This document shows, piece after piece, positions 37,028-48,528 of a stretch of DNA of 64,000 nucleotides; the first letter of the stretch is position 1; each line of letters begins with the position of its first letter. Under the pieces are notes generated by a model. It was not told where the DNA came from. It searched no databases and worked only from the letters and a program-made list of their open reading frames with translations. Source of the DNA: Trichoplax adhaerens (taxonomy: Eukaryota > Animalia > Placozoa); NCBI RefSeq assembly GCF_000150275.1, contig NW_002060953.1, positions 1,523,693-1,587,692 of the forward strand, read 5' to 3'. The position numbers and the translations under genes are program-made.

Positions 37028-39787
37028 TCATTTGCGAGGATGAACTTGATTGCTGGTCTTTCTTTGATCTTGAGGGTTGTTGTCTGGTTGAACAGAATCA
37101 GCGCTGGCATCGGCAAGTACTTCCACAGGTTTTGTCTTCAAAGAATTTTTAAAATTATAACTAGTAATTTCCGCCATTGCTATTTGCCGATTATTTAATT
37201 CAGGGCGGTAATAGATAACATATATTTTAGGAAGAAACAAACATAGCATTGGTGAAATACCAAAAAAAAGAGTGGTTAAAGCTGTGATACTATCTGCAAT
37301 TTCACCGAATAGAATCACGGTCGTTGGAATAGTACATATTTCGACAACAACGATCAAGATGGACGATAAATAAATATATCTAGATTCATTAAAATTTTCA
37401 GGTAACAATCGTGCTCTAAATGCTAGAACCAAACAAGCTGAGCCAATCAAACATAGCCATACAATTAAGTTTAGACTACTATATCTATTGGGAATCTGAC
37501 ATATAAATATCAGCTGCTTATTTGTTACTTCATGATGAATAGTAATCGGGAAGGCAAAAACTAAACATAATAAAATCGCATTAGCGATGAATAGCACCGT
37601 GAAAATAAGTAATACTTGACTGGTATTACGAGTAAAATGAATAATCTTGGTTTTTCTTCCAATAACATTCTTAAATATTAAGGATACTTGATTTGTCTTA
37701 CAAAATATGGTGATAAATATACCAACTTGGCTAGTAGTAGAAGAGAACATTCTTGCTAGACAAATTGGAATAGATGGAGGCAGTATGTACAAGAAAGCTG
37801 TTGGAATGCACGCTATGATAAACAACAATAGTATATTGATTAAGATGAAATTGGATCCTTTAACTACAGGGAAATTTCTATGGCGAATCATGACTATCCA
37901 AATGCCCATTACTACAAACAAATTAGCCGAAGCTAATATAATAAATGTAATAGCTAAAGGTCTATCAAATTTCGATTGAATTAATACAGGATCAGCACAT
38001 TTTGTATTATTATCATTGGGTAGGGTTACATCGGGACATAATTGGCAATGGGGACTATTGCTCTCATTTGAGATCATATTTTGGGGACATTTTCGACATT
38101 TCCAACAGCATGGTCGTAATGATAGTGAAATATTAGGATCTTGATATAAATAATAGCCAGGAGGGCAATCGCTGGAACATTTCGACAAAGGACTGTTAAA
38201 CCATGATCGATTTCCATTCCATATAATGTTCCTTTTATTGATCATTAGACCTTGCGTTTTATTCCAGTACCCTACTTCGACAATTTTGACCTTTGCCTGT
38301 GAATTAGAAGTTGTTCTTTGTAAATTGATAACATCAAAGTAAGATTCTACCGCACCATCAGATCGGAAGGTAATATCTGGACTTGTTACCCCGGTAAATC
38401 GTATATTTCTTAAAACTTTGTTAAATTGTTGACGATTGAAACTAGTATTATATCCAGATGGACAGTGAGTTGTATTACAACCAAGAGCCTTATGCAATGC
38501 TTGAGCATATGCCAAAGTTGCGTCAATAACATATCCAGCGACAAAATCTGCTTTAAAAAACGAATTTAAAACTTCTTGTTTTATAACCCTATCTACTGTA
38601 CAATTTTCTAAAATTGAATCGAAATCCAATCCTAAATGATTTAATTTTTCGCGACACAGTTCTATAAACCACGGGTTTTCAAGGTTGTTGCAGAAATCAA
38701 GTTGGTTAAGATAGTTTTTAAAGCCATGTAATGCTTCATTGCTAAATGTTATGCCTATCGCTCCTCCAATAATCTCGGCTCGAATAGTGTGGATACGAGG
38801 CGAACTTAACCAATTATAGGTACCCACAAAGGTAATACCGACCACATTTTGAGCTTCTGCTTGCTTAAGCAGATCATAAATGATTGATTCTTGTCCAAAT
38901 AAAACAGCAACACGTGAATTGGATTGGCTCTTCCATTTTGTAACAATGTCAATCAGATCAGATGTCGTATAATTGTCATAAATTCTAGAAACAGTATGGT
39001 AACATATACCGTGAGTTTGGGCCAAAGTAGATATCATTTGATAGGAATTTTCTACCTCTGCAGTACCAGCAATGACTATGGATATCCAGTTCCATTGGAA
39101 AACTTTAACGATATCAAAAATAATTTGCCTATGAATCGTGGAGGATGCCGAGGTTCGGTAGAAATAAGGAAAATGTTTACGATCGCTTAATAGGGAAGAT
39201 ATGGAAAAGTAACTAATTTGAGAATAGCCAAGACTACTCGTAAGCGAAGCTAAAGAAGTGGTGATAAAATCCGATCTCTCTCCTACAACTCCCACCACAT
39301 GTCCTGGAGAATTCTCTTCAATACTTGTACCACTTGCAGATAATGTACGACATAAAATTTTAGAAGAATTTAAATTACGTCCATTTTGACAGTGAGCTAA
39401 ATAGGACTGCCTTTGTTTATCTTGTATTAAATGAGAGGCCAATTTTGTGATGGCTACTTCTCGTGACGAACAGGAGTCGATCAAGGTCCAGCCAAGATTG
39501 ATACCTGGCAGCAATTTGGTATTATTATTGATTATATTATTAAGAGCATAGATCATAGCTTGTGTAAGTTGTATATCTCCGGTACTTAATTGGCTGCATC
39601 GGCGAGAAGTAGCATTAAAATGCAGAGAGTTGGAAAAAATACCTATTAAGCGAAAGTCGCCAGAATTGACATGTTCTATTTGTGATTGAATTTCAGGAAT
39701 ATCGGCAAATAATTGCTGAAAAATTAAAAGCCATCGAAATATTGAATAAGCACCAAAAGGCAAATAACGAAGGCTCCGAATTGACAT
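37028..39787 (-). CDS. Class C GPCR, array copy 5, 919 aa
   Basis: VFT, 9-Cys domain, 7TM with RLLPENFNESR and FLPKIYVI. Confidence 0.95.
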   Translation of the reverse strand: MSIRSLRYLPFGAYSIFRWLLIFQQLFADIPEIQSQIEHVNSGDFRLIGIFSNSLHFNATSRRCSQLSTGDIQLTQAMIYALNNIINNNTKLLPGINLGWTLIDSCSSREVAITKLASHLIQDKQRQSYLAHCQNGRNLNSSKILCRTLSASGTSIEENSPGHVVGVVGERSDFITTSLASLTSSLGYSQISYFSISSLLSDRKHFPYFYRTSASSTIHRQIIFDIVKVFQWNWISIVIAGTAEVENSYQMISTLAQTHGICYHTVSRIYDNYTTSDLIDIVTKWKSQSNSRVAVLFGQESIIYDLLKQAEAQNVVGITFVGTYNWLSSPRIHTIRAEIIGGAIGITFSNEALHGFKNYLNQLDFCNNLENPWFIELCREKLNHLGLDFDSILENCTVDRVIKQEVLNSFFKADFVAGYVIDATLAYAQALHKALGCNTTHCPSGYNTSFNRQQFNKVLRNIRFTGVTSPDITFRSDGAVESYFDVINLQRTTSNSQAKVKIVEVGYWNKTQGLMINKRNIIWNGNRSWFNSPLSKCSSDCPPGYYLYQDPNISLSLRPCCWKCRKCPQNMISNESNSPHCQLCPDVTLPNDNNTKCADPVLIQSKFDRPLAITFIILASANLFVVMGIWIVMIRHRNFPVVKGSNFILINILLLFIIACIPTAFLYILPPSIPICLARMFSSTTSQVGIFITIFCKTNQVSLIFKNVIGRKTKIIHFTRNTSQVLLIFTVLFIANAILLCLVFAFPITIHHEVTNKQLIFICQIPNRYSSLNLIVWLCLIGSACLVLAFRARLLPENFNESRYIYLSSILIVVVEICTIPTTVILFGEIADSITALTTLFFGISPMLCLFLPKIYVIYYRPELNNRQIAMAEITSYNFKNSLKTKPVEVLADASADSVQPDNNPQDQRKTSNQVHPRK

Positions 39788-41134
39788 TTTAAACTGAAAT
39801 ATGGAAATTAATAGCAGTTTACGGAAAAAATGTTATGATTTCTTCGATCCTCGAAGCGAATCTAATTGTTCTGTTATCGTCCAATGAAGAATAATTTATC
39901 GGATATATTACTAGACTATTTTCCTGTAAAATTCTTTTGCCTCAATCGTAACGTTAATCAAATTAATTGTAATGGTAGTTGTTTAGAAATAATTTTATAC
40001 AGATAATTGCAATGGTTACAATGATAACTGTTTAAAGAAAGAATAGTGCTTATTGTTCTATAAGTAAGAAAGATAACCTTTCTGGAAAATACCTTTTCAT
40101 ACTAAAGATCCGGCTGATCACAATATAGTATTCAAATCTATTTGAATGTTGAAAACAGATTATAATATTGGTTTGGACATCTTGCAATTTTATGAGCAAG
40201 TAATACAATTTTTGCTGTTACTTCTTGTTAGTTTCGTTTCGGAGATCATGTACTGGCTTAAAAGTAATCCAATTATGCTTTAACAGATATTTTAATTTCA
40301 GCACATGGTATACGGGACGGATAATTAAGCGTTATTGACTTAACTGATATTTTCACAATAAATGATAATTGTAATTTATCATATAAAAAGAGATTTTTAA
40401 GATTTTCAGACTGAATTACCGGTAGACCTTCTACTATTGAAATTTATGCTTGCTCTGTATAGAAACTGAATTACATCTCTACAGAATTGTTTATTTCCTA
40501 TTATTTGATATCGTATTGCAATGACTTGAGAAAAGAATGAAAAATCAAAATACTAAATGTTGTCGACTGAATTACCTTAGTTAGGAAGTTCGTTTTTAAC
40601 TATAGTCGGGTTAACTTAAATAGAAATATTATGTTGGTAATAACTTATACTTTTCTACTTTAATGCAACAATTAACTATGAATGCTACTGTTTGACATTA
40701 TTGTAGAGCGTAAAGAAATCTTAAACAATCTTTACTAAAACATTCGCGAACAGATTCAATACTGTTGATAGAGCAGCAAAACTGAACAAATCTGTAACAA
40801 AATGGAAGTTCATTTTACAAAGAATTTGAAAATTATCTCAAGTTATAGCTAAGTGTGTGAAGTGATTGAATTACTAATCATAGTGATTCAAGTTGACAAA
40901 AGAAATTGGAATACTAAATTGTAGCTTCAGCGGACAATCTTTCAAGCGGAAAAAAAGTTCTACTTAAATTGACAGCGTGGGAAAAAAATCTTCAACATGC
41001 AATACCAGAAAATAAGGCGTTTGTAAAGTTGGAGTCGATGTGAATTTTAACTCTTTTTTTATTTCTTTTCATTCTTACTTAATCCTTTCAAGTAATAAAT
41101 GATATTATAAACAGTTACGGAGAGTGTATAAAGA

Positions 41135-41971
41135 NNNNNNNNNNNNNNNNNNNNNNNNNNNNNNNNNNNNNNNNNNNNNNNNNNNNNNNNNNNNNNNNNN
41201 NNNNNNNNNNNNNNNNNNNNNNNNNNNNNNNNNNNNNNNNNNNNNNNNNNNNNNNNNNNNNNNNNNNNNNNNNNNNNNNNNNNNNNNNNNNNNNNNNNNN
41301 NNNNNNNNNNNNNNNNNNNNNNNNNNNNNNNNNNNNNNNNNNNNNNNNNNNNNNNNNNNNNNNNNNNNNNNNNNNNNNNNNNNNNNNNNNNNNNNNNNNN
41401 NNNNNNNNNNNNNNNNNNNNNNNNNNNNNNNNNNNNNNNNNNNNNNNNNNNNNNNNNNNNNNNNNNNNNNNNNNNNNNNNNNNNNNNNNNNNNNNNNNNN
41501 NNNNNNNNNNNNNNNNNNNNNNNNNNNNNNNNNNNNNNNNNNNNNNNNNNNNNNNNNNNNNNNNNNNNNNNNNNNNNNNNNNNNNNNNNNNNNNNNNNNN
41601 NNNNNNNNNNNNNNNNNNNNNNNNNNNNNNNNNNNNNNNNNNNNNNNNNNNNNNNNNNNNNNNNNNNNNNNNNNNNNNNNNNNNNNNNNNNNNNNNNNNN
41701 NNNNNNNNNNNNNNNNNNNNNNNNNNNNNNNNNNNNNNNNNNNNNNNNNNNNNNNNNNNNNNNNNNNNNNNNNNNNNNNNNNNNNNNNNNNNNNNNNNNN
41801 NNNNNNNNNNNNNNNNNNNNNNNNNNNNNNNNNNNNNNNNNNNNNNNNNNNNNNNNNNNNNNNNNNNNNNNNNNNNNNNNNNNNNNNNNNNNNNNNNNNN
41901 NNNNNNNNNNNNNNNNNNNNNNNNNNNNNNNNNNNNNNNNNNNNNNNNNNNNNNNNNNNNNNNNNNNNNNN
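41135..41971. other. Assembly gap
   Basis: Run of N. Confidence 1.
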
Positions 41972-42666
41972 TTAAAACAAATTAATTACAGATCGATAAA
42001 TTCTGTATAATTAGAGTTGGATGGAGTTACACTAGAACATAAATTGTAATACTTTAAACTGGTACTGTTATAAATCTGGTAAACGGGATATTTTCGACAT
42101 TTAAAACAACATAATTGCGTTGATTGTGAAATATTTTAATCGTAATATAGATAATATGCAAGACGACAATCGATAGATCATCTCACTATCGAAATATCGT
42201 TCTGTGGTCGCTTTCCATTCCAAATAATTTTGTCGCTATTAATAACTAGACCCTGTAATTTATACCAATAACCTATTTTAGCTCTTTTAAGGTTTGCATA
42301 TTTACTGTAGTTTTCTTTCTGGAAATTAGCTATAACGAGGAGTGACTTGACTGAGCCTTCAGATGAGAAAGTTATATTTACATTTATAAATGTAGAAAAT
42401 TGTAAGTTACTAAGAAAATCATTAAATTATTGATAATTGGAAACATGATCTTGCTGATATATACTGTTGGTCCTATTGCAACCTAGGAACTTATGCGATA
42501 CTTAAACAAATAATAAAGCAGCTTTGATAGCGTGTCCAGAGAGAAAACCGATACTATAGAGCGATTTAAAGTTCTTTCAAATTACTATTAATTAAACAGT
42601 TCCGCATGATTATATCAGAATTAAGTCGTAACTCATTTAATAGACAATATACCATAATGATCGCAC

Positions 42667-42900
42667 TAGAAATAAATAACAGTAATGATTTGTTAGGCAA
42701 ATGACTGTAGGATATAGTACTTGAATCATTAAATTAGAATACTGAATTAAACATCAAAAGTCAACCCTATAATCAATTCATTGGATTATTCACGTGATCA
42801 TACCTGTATTCTGTTACATTGATATCATCTTCTATTTTTGAATTACTACTTTCAGTGATCTTGTGCATGTCACCAATTTCTAGATTTAAATTACATCAAA
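42667..42900. repeat. Diverged non-coding segment, copy B; homologous to about 31985-32228
   Basis: Same ordered blocks as copy A. Confidence 0.7.
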
Positions 42901-44140
42901 TTGTTGTGGAAAAAATTCTCAGTAATAAGATATAATACTAGTACACAAAGTAATTGAGAGTTGGTGAGCATGATTTGAATATGAAAGGAGGGTTTGGAAA
43001 TGCCTGTCATCAGCTAATATCAAAATTACGTGGAGTTAATACGTAATTTGCTGTAATGTTAGGTAAATAAGTATTGGTGTACCCATATACAGAGCTTCTA
43101 TACTTACAACATGACTACCCTTTCATAGATTTCTTAACTACTAGTAAATAAACTAATTCTGAGTGAGCAATATCTTTAATTTCTTTATTATTATGGATTA
43201 AATATTTATGTTTTCAAGGTAGTGCTTTGACACGTTTAGTATTTGGATTTTAGGTACGAGTTTCAATCTGAGTAGTCATGTTACTCTTTTAGTTAATATT
43301 CCAATAATTATAAGTTATTCTACAAAACGATAATAAGATCAACTTAAATATACAAATTTAAACGTTCGTCAGTGGGAAGACATATAGTAGTTTAGAGATA
43401 TTTTTAAATAATTTTCAAACAAAATAAGTCCTTCAATAAGAAACAATTTTAGTTTTATTTGAGGCTAAAATTTTGCATACCTAAGCAGAAAAGGCGTAAG
43501 AGCTCGTATACACCGGTGACATCTTAAAAGCATTAATATCAGTAATTTTAAATTATTATGCTAATTTATAATTTAAAATTAGTCAAGTAAGATGTTGTAA
43601 TATAAATGCTAATTCTATATTAAAATATAGCAGAGGTAAATTTCAGGACTGTTATAAATCAGAAGAAATTTGACATCCCTAGCTAATGAAATATCGTTCC
43701 TACATTCCAGGTTACGAGAAAAATTACGAATAAAGTGATAAATTAACACTTCGAAGTTATAGCTTGATTTTTGATATTTATAAGATAGAAATAAATTAAT
43801 ATTTTTTCATAATACATATTTCTTTATACATTTGTTGAACTAGTACGGTGTGACATTTTGTAGTAGATAGTATCTGTTGCAGCAAAAATTCGTAGTAAGA
43901 TAAAAAATACTTAACCCTGATAATTTTTTAAGTCAATCAAGTTGAGAGAATAGAATCTTCCAGCCAACAATGATTGGCTACTTTTAATTCTCATCTTTAG
44001 TTAAGTAAAACTTGTAAATAAACTTCTAAATAGTGTAATGCCAATTTTATACCAGCAAAATGCGAAAATTGAATTTATGCTTCAAGTTTGTGTAAAATTT
44101 AGAACATTAAACTTGATAGAAGAAGTTAGTAAAGTTGTTA

Positions 44141-46942
44141 CTACAGTACATCATTTTCAATAAACTCCGGGTTAGTTATGCCTTTCACGGCTAATGAGCT
44201 TGCCCTATTTGGAGTCTGAGGAGAAAGAATCTTACGTCCAATAGCTATGGGAGAACTTTGCATATAACTGTCAGTGGAGTTATACGGTAAAGGCGATCTT
44301 GCTGCAGGCTTGCTATTTCCAAAAGAAAAGTTAGCCACACTTACTACAGCTTGTTCTTGAGTATTTAACTCAGGCTGTAGGAATATTATATAAAATTTAG
44401 GTGCGAAAAGACAAATTAAAGGAACTAAACCAAATAAAAGGGTAGTTATGGATCCAATAATCCTATGTAGAATCCCAGTTGTAGCTATAAATGCTGGTAT
44501 TCCTGTCAAGGATACACAAAGAAGCATTAACGAAGACAAAAATATGAACTTTGCCTCACTAAAATTATCCGGTAATGATCGTGTGCGATACCCCATGAAT
44601 AATGTAACTGGACATAAGATACCTATACTAATAGTAGCAATTAGAAAAATTGGCTCTCCTCCAACTCGACACATAACTTCCATAGCTTGCCCCGAGTTTG
44701 CCCCGGATACTTGCAGCTTAAGCAATTCTGCTGGCTTATAATAGTATACTCCTATCATGAGGCCATTCAGTAGGAGTAAAATGAATATAATACTGATAAC
44801 TTGGTATTTATTCCTAACTACTTTGGATCGAAAGGAATTATGATTGATGGAATTTTTAAATATCAAGGAAATCTGGTTGGCTTTACATATGACAGTTAGC
44901 AGGATGCCACAATCGGTAGTACATACTAAGCAGACAGTTGCTAAACAAACTTCTTTACGAACTGGCAAGAAAAAAGTCAAAGAAGCTGGAAGAGATACTG
45001 AAATAAAGAATAAAACAAGACTTAGAAGAATAGAATTAGATGCTTTAATAATTGGAGTATTCCTTTTAAAAATAATGATAACCCAGCAGAATAGGAGGCA
45101 TATAATAAAAATAGAGGCCACGATGTAATAGACGATAACGAATCCATGATTCCAACTAAATTGAACAATATCAAAATCAATGCACTGAGTTCTGTTAGCA
45201 TTTGGCTTAGTAAAACTTTGACATGTTATACATTCAAATTGATTTGTTGTATTAGATATTGTCGGTGATAAGCATGGATGGCATGTCCAACAACATAAAC
45301 GATTCAGAATATTTTGGCTGCGAACTTGGTAGAATCCAGGTTGGCAATCGATAGAACACCTAGATTGAGGTACTTCGAACCATGGTCTATTTCTATTCCA
45401 GACAATTTCCTCATCGTTTATTTTTAGACCTTCTTGATCATTCCAATAACCAATGATAATAGGCTCAATACTAGTAGTACCGTTAATTATTCTTGGTTGG
45501 AGGTTAATAACGTTATAAGACAACTTACTACTACCATCGGATCGAAAACGAAAATGTTGACCGGTAATTCCTTTGAAGGTAATATTACTTAGGATACGAT
45601 TGTATGTTTCAGAGATTCTTTCAATCGTATGAATTGGAGGACAATACGTAGCATTGCATCCTAGATATTCATGCAATGCATGGGCAAAAGCTAATGCAGC
45701 GTCCATTACAAATGCTGAAATATAACTAATAGAATAAAATGAATCCCTATAAATACTTTTTAATTTTAATTCTAAAGTACAGTTGGCGATAATTTCATCA
45801 ACGTTATAGTTTAAAGACTTCAACGTTTCTCGCCATACTTGCATAAACCAAGGATTAGCCAAGTTGTTACAAAAATCGAGTTGATAAATATATTTTGCAA
45901 AGTCTATTAATGTATTGGCTTTCAAATCAATTCCAATTGCGCCTGCGATTACATCAGCATTTATCTTACGAATTCGAGGGGAATTTATCCATCCGTACGA
46001 GCCAATGAATGTTCTACCTGTTAGTTGTTGCGCTTGAGCTTGCTGAAGAAGGTGATAAATAATAGATTCATCACCTACTAAGGAGATTACATGAGAAGTA
46101 GGCCGTATCTTTAAGTCGTGAATGACCTTTACTAGTTGATTTTGAGTATAATTATCGTAAAGAGTAGCTATATTTCCAATACATATTTTTCGGCCGGAAA
46201 TTCCAATACTCTGGAGCATCGGTAGAACAATATCGATCGTTTCACTACCGGCAACCACCACTGAGCCCCAATTCCAATTAAACTTAGTGGCAATATCCAT
46301 TAAAGCATCAACTTGAGCATGATGTGGAGGAGAAGTACGGTAGAAATAGGGATAAAATTTTCGATTCGTTAAAAGTGAACTAAAAGAAAAATAACTAATT
46401 TGAGGGAGCCGGAGGCTACTTGTAAATGATGCAGTAGATAAAGTAACAAATTCCGACTTCTCTGCTAAAATTCCAAATGTTGGCGGATGATTAGTTTTAT
46501 TGGCGTTAAGGCCATCCATAATGGTAATTTGTGTTTTATTTAAGTTGTCAATATTAATTTCACATTCCAATTCCGGAAATTCTTCTGGTTCTGACAAGAA
46601 GACATTGGCTGTAAGAGCAGTAATAGCTAATTCTCGTGATGAGCAAGAATCCATTAATGTCCAACCAACATGAATACCAGGCAGCAGATTTGGATTATCG
46701 TTAATCAATTTGTCAATAGCGTAAATCATGGCTTGAGTCAACTGTATATTGGTCATACTAAATTGACTACATAATCTAGTAGTTAGGTTGAAACGAAGCG
46801 AATTGGGAAATATACCTTGCAGCTGAACATGACCAGATTTTCGACTAATAATTTGATTTTTGCTAAACGTTAAACCATGGCAATCGAATAAATTAATTAG
46901 AAAAACGCAGAAGAATAGGAGTAACGTGTTGATTTTCAACAT
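44141..46942 (-). CDS. Class C GPCR, array copy 6, 933 aa from ATG 46942
   Basis: The ORF track starts at a non-ATG codon at 47101. The ATG at 46942 (MLKINTLLLFFCVFLI) begins a signal peptide. VFT, 9-Cys domain and 7TM (RSLPDNFSEAK, FAPKFYII) follow. Confidence 0.93.
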   Translation of the reverse strand: MLKINTLLLFFCVFLINLFDCHGLTFSKNQIISRKSGHVQLQGIFPNSLRFNLTTRLCSQFSMTNIQLTQAMIYAIDKLINDNPNLLPGIHVGWTLMDSCSSRELAITALTANVFLSEPEEFPELECEINIDNLNKTQITIMDGLNANKTNHPPTFGILAEKSEFVTLSTASFTSSLRLPQISYFSFSSLLTNRKFYPYFYRTSPPHHAQVDALMDIATKFNWNWGSVVVAGSETIDIVLPMLQSIGISGRKICIGNIATLYDNYTQNQLVKVIHDLKIRPTSHVISLVGDESIIYHLLQQAQAQQLTGRTFIGSYGWINSPRIRKINADVIAGAIGIDLKANTLIDFAKYIYQLDFCNNLANPWFMQVWRETLKSLNYNVDEIIANCTLELKLKSIYRDSFYSISYISAFVMDAALAFAHALHEYLGCNATYCPPIHTIERISETYNRILSNITFKGITGQHFRFRSDGSSKLSYNVINLQPRIINGTTSIEPIIIGYWNDQEGLKINDEEIVWNRNRPWFEVPQSRCSIDCQPGFYQVRSQNILNRLCCWTCHPCLSPTISNTTNQFECITCQSFTKPNANRTQCIDFDIVQFSWNHGFVIVYYIVASIFIICLLFCWVIIIFKRNTPIIKASNSILLSLVLFFISVSLPASLTFFLPVRKEVCLATVCLVCTTDCGILLTVICKANQISLIFKNSINHNSFRSKVVRNKYQVISIIFILLLLNGLMIGVYYYKPAELLKLQVSGANSGQAMEVMCRVGGEPIFLIATISIGILCPVTLFMGYRTRSLPDNFSEAKFIFLSSLMLLCVSLTGIPAFIATTGILHRIIGSITTLLFGLVPLICLFAPKFYIIFLQPELNTQEQAVVSVANFSFGNSKPAARSPLPYNSTDSYMQSSPIAIGRKILSPQTPNRASSLAVKGITNPEFIENDVL

Positions 46943-47735
46943 ATCTAAACATGAAAAAATCGACCTGAATTTAATAGAAAAGAACAGGCAAAGGTCTAAT
47001 ATTCCTTTCAAAGAAGTTTTATTGTTGACATAGTTTAATCTTGCAAGACATCCAGGATAACAATCTTGGCAACGATGGGTGTAAACATTAACGATTATCA
47101 ACGAAATAATCTATCGTTACAGCAATTGTAGAGCAATTGAAAAAAATTTTTTCAATCGAAGTTAAATGGCGAACTTGTAGTTTTTATTAACGGAAAACAA
47201 TTTTTTTCTGCGCATGACTTACTCAAACGTTATCGTCATGTTGAAGACTAGATAACGTCATAATGGCAAAAGAGGGACAGTAGAATAAATATATGACGTC
47301 TATATAAGAAGATAAAAGCATCATATGGCTAACAAGACTGCTATTATAAATTTCATGGCCTATAATAATCGATAGTTCATAGTAATTATCCCTCACGTCC
47401 TGTTATTCTCCTCTATTGGTGGGACTTATTCGTCTAATCTAAAAACCTTTCGATCGCGACTCTTGAACATATAACATGAACTATAAAATAAAGATTATCG
47501 GCATAGAATTAAAAATTATTCAAAAATTTAATCTGACAACAATGTGAGAAATTCTTATAAACAATACAAGTAAAATTGTATCTTTAAATTATTAACGTGA
47601 AATTGTTATTCTGCACTGATAGAGCATAACGCAAAAATAGTAACAGTTATGAATCATAATTATACTCAACTGCACTTTTTTTACATAGATCGATTGTGCA
47701 GCCTTATAATAAATTATATATTGAATAATAGGAAT

Positions 47736-48435
47736 NNNNNNNNNNNNNNNNNNNNNNNNNNNNNNNNNNNNNNNNNNNNNNNNNNNNNNNNNNNNNNNNN
47801 NNNNNNNNNNNNNNNNNNNNNNNNNNNNNNNNNNNNNNNNNNNNNNNNNNNNNNNNNNNNNNNNNNNNNNNNNNNNNNNNNNNNNNNNNNNNNNNNNNNN
47901 NNNNNNNNNNNNNNNNNNNNNNNNNNNNNNNNNNNNNNNNNNNNNNNNNNNNNNNNNNNNNNNNNNNNNNNNNNNNNNNNNNNNNNNNNNNNNNNNNNNN
48001 NNNNNNNNNNNNNNNNNNNNNNNNNNNNNNNNNNNNNNNNNNNNNNNNNNNNNNNNNNNNNNNNNNNNNNNNNNNNNNNNNNNNNNNNNNNNNNNNNNNN
48101 NNNNNNNNNNNNNNNNNNNNNNNNNNNNNNNNNNNNNNNNNNNNNNNNNNNNNNNNNNNNNNNNNNNNNNNNNNNNNNNNNNNNNNNNNNNNNNNNNNNN
48201 NNNNNNNNNNNNNNNNNNNNNNNNNNNNNNNNNNNNNNNNNNNNNNNNNNNNNNNNNNNNNNNNNNNNNNNNNNNNNNNNNNNNNNNNNNNNNNNNNNNN
48301 NNNNNNNNNNNNNNNNNNNNNNNNNNNNNNNNNNNNNNNNNNNNNNNNNNNNNNNNNNNNNNNNNNNNNNNNNNNNNNNNNNNNNNNNNNNNNNNNNNNN
48401 NNNNNNNNNNNNNNNNNNNNNNNNNNNNNNNNNNA
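47736..48435. other. Assembly gap, probably containing the last UXS1 exon
   Basis: Run of N just downstream of the donor site after WKPV. Confidence 0.95.
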
Positions 48436-48528
48436 TATTTTCGGGATCGATATCTTCAGTTCGTTGTACACAAAACGACTTCAAGCTTCATAAGTAAACT
48501 TAGAAAAGTAATGTATGCGTGAACTTAC

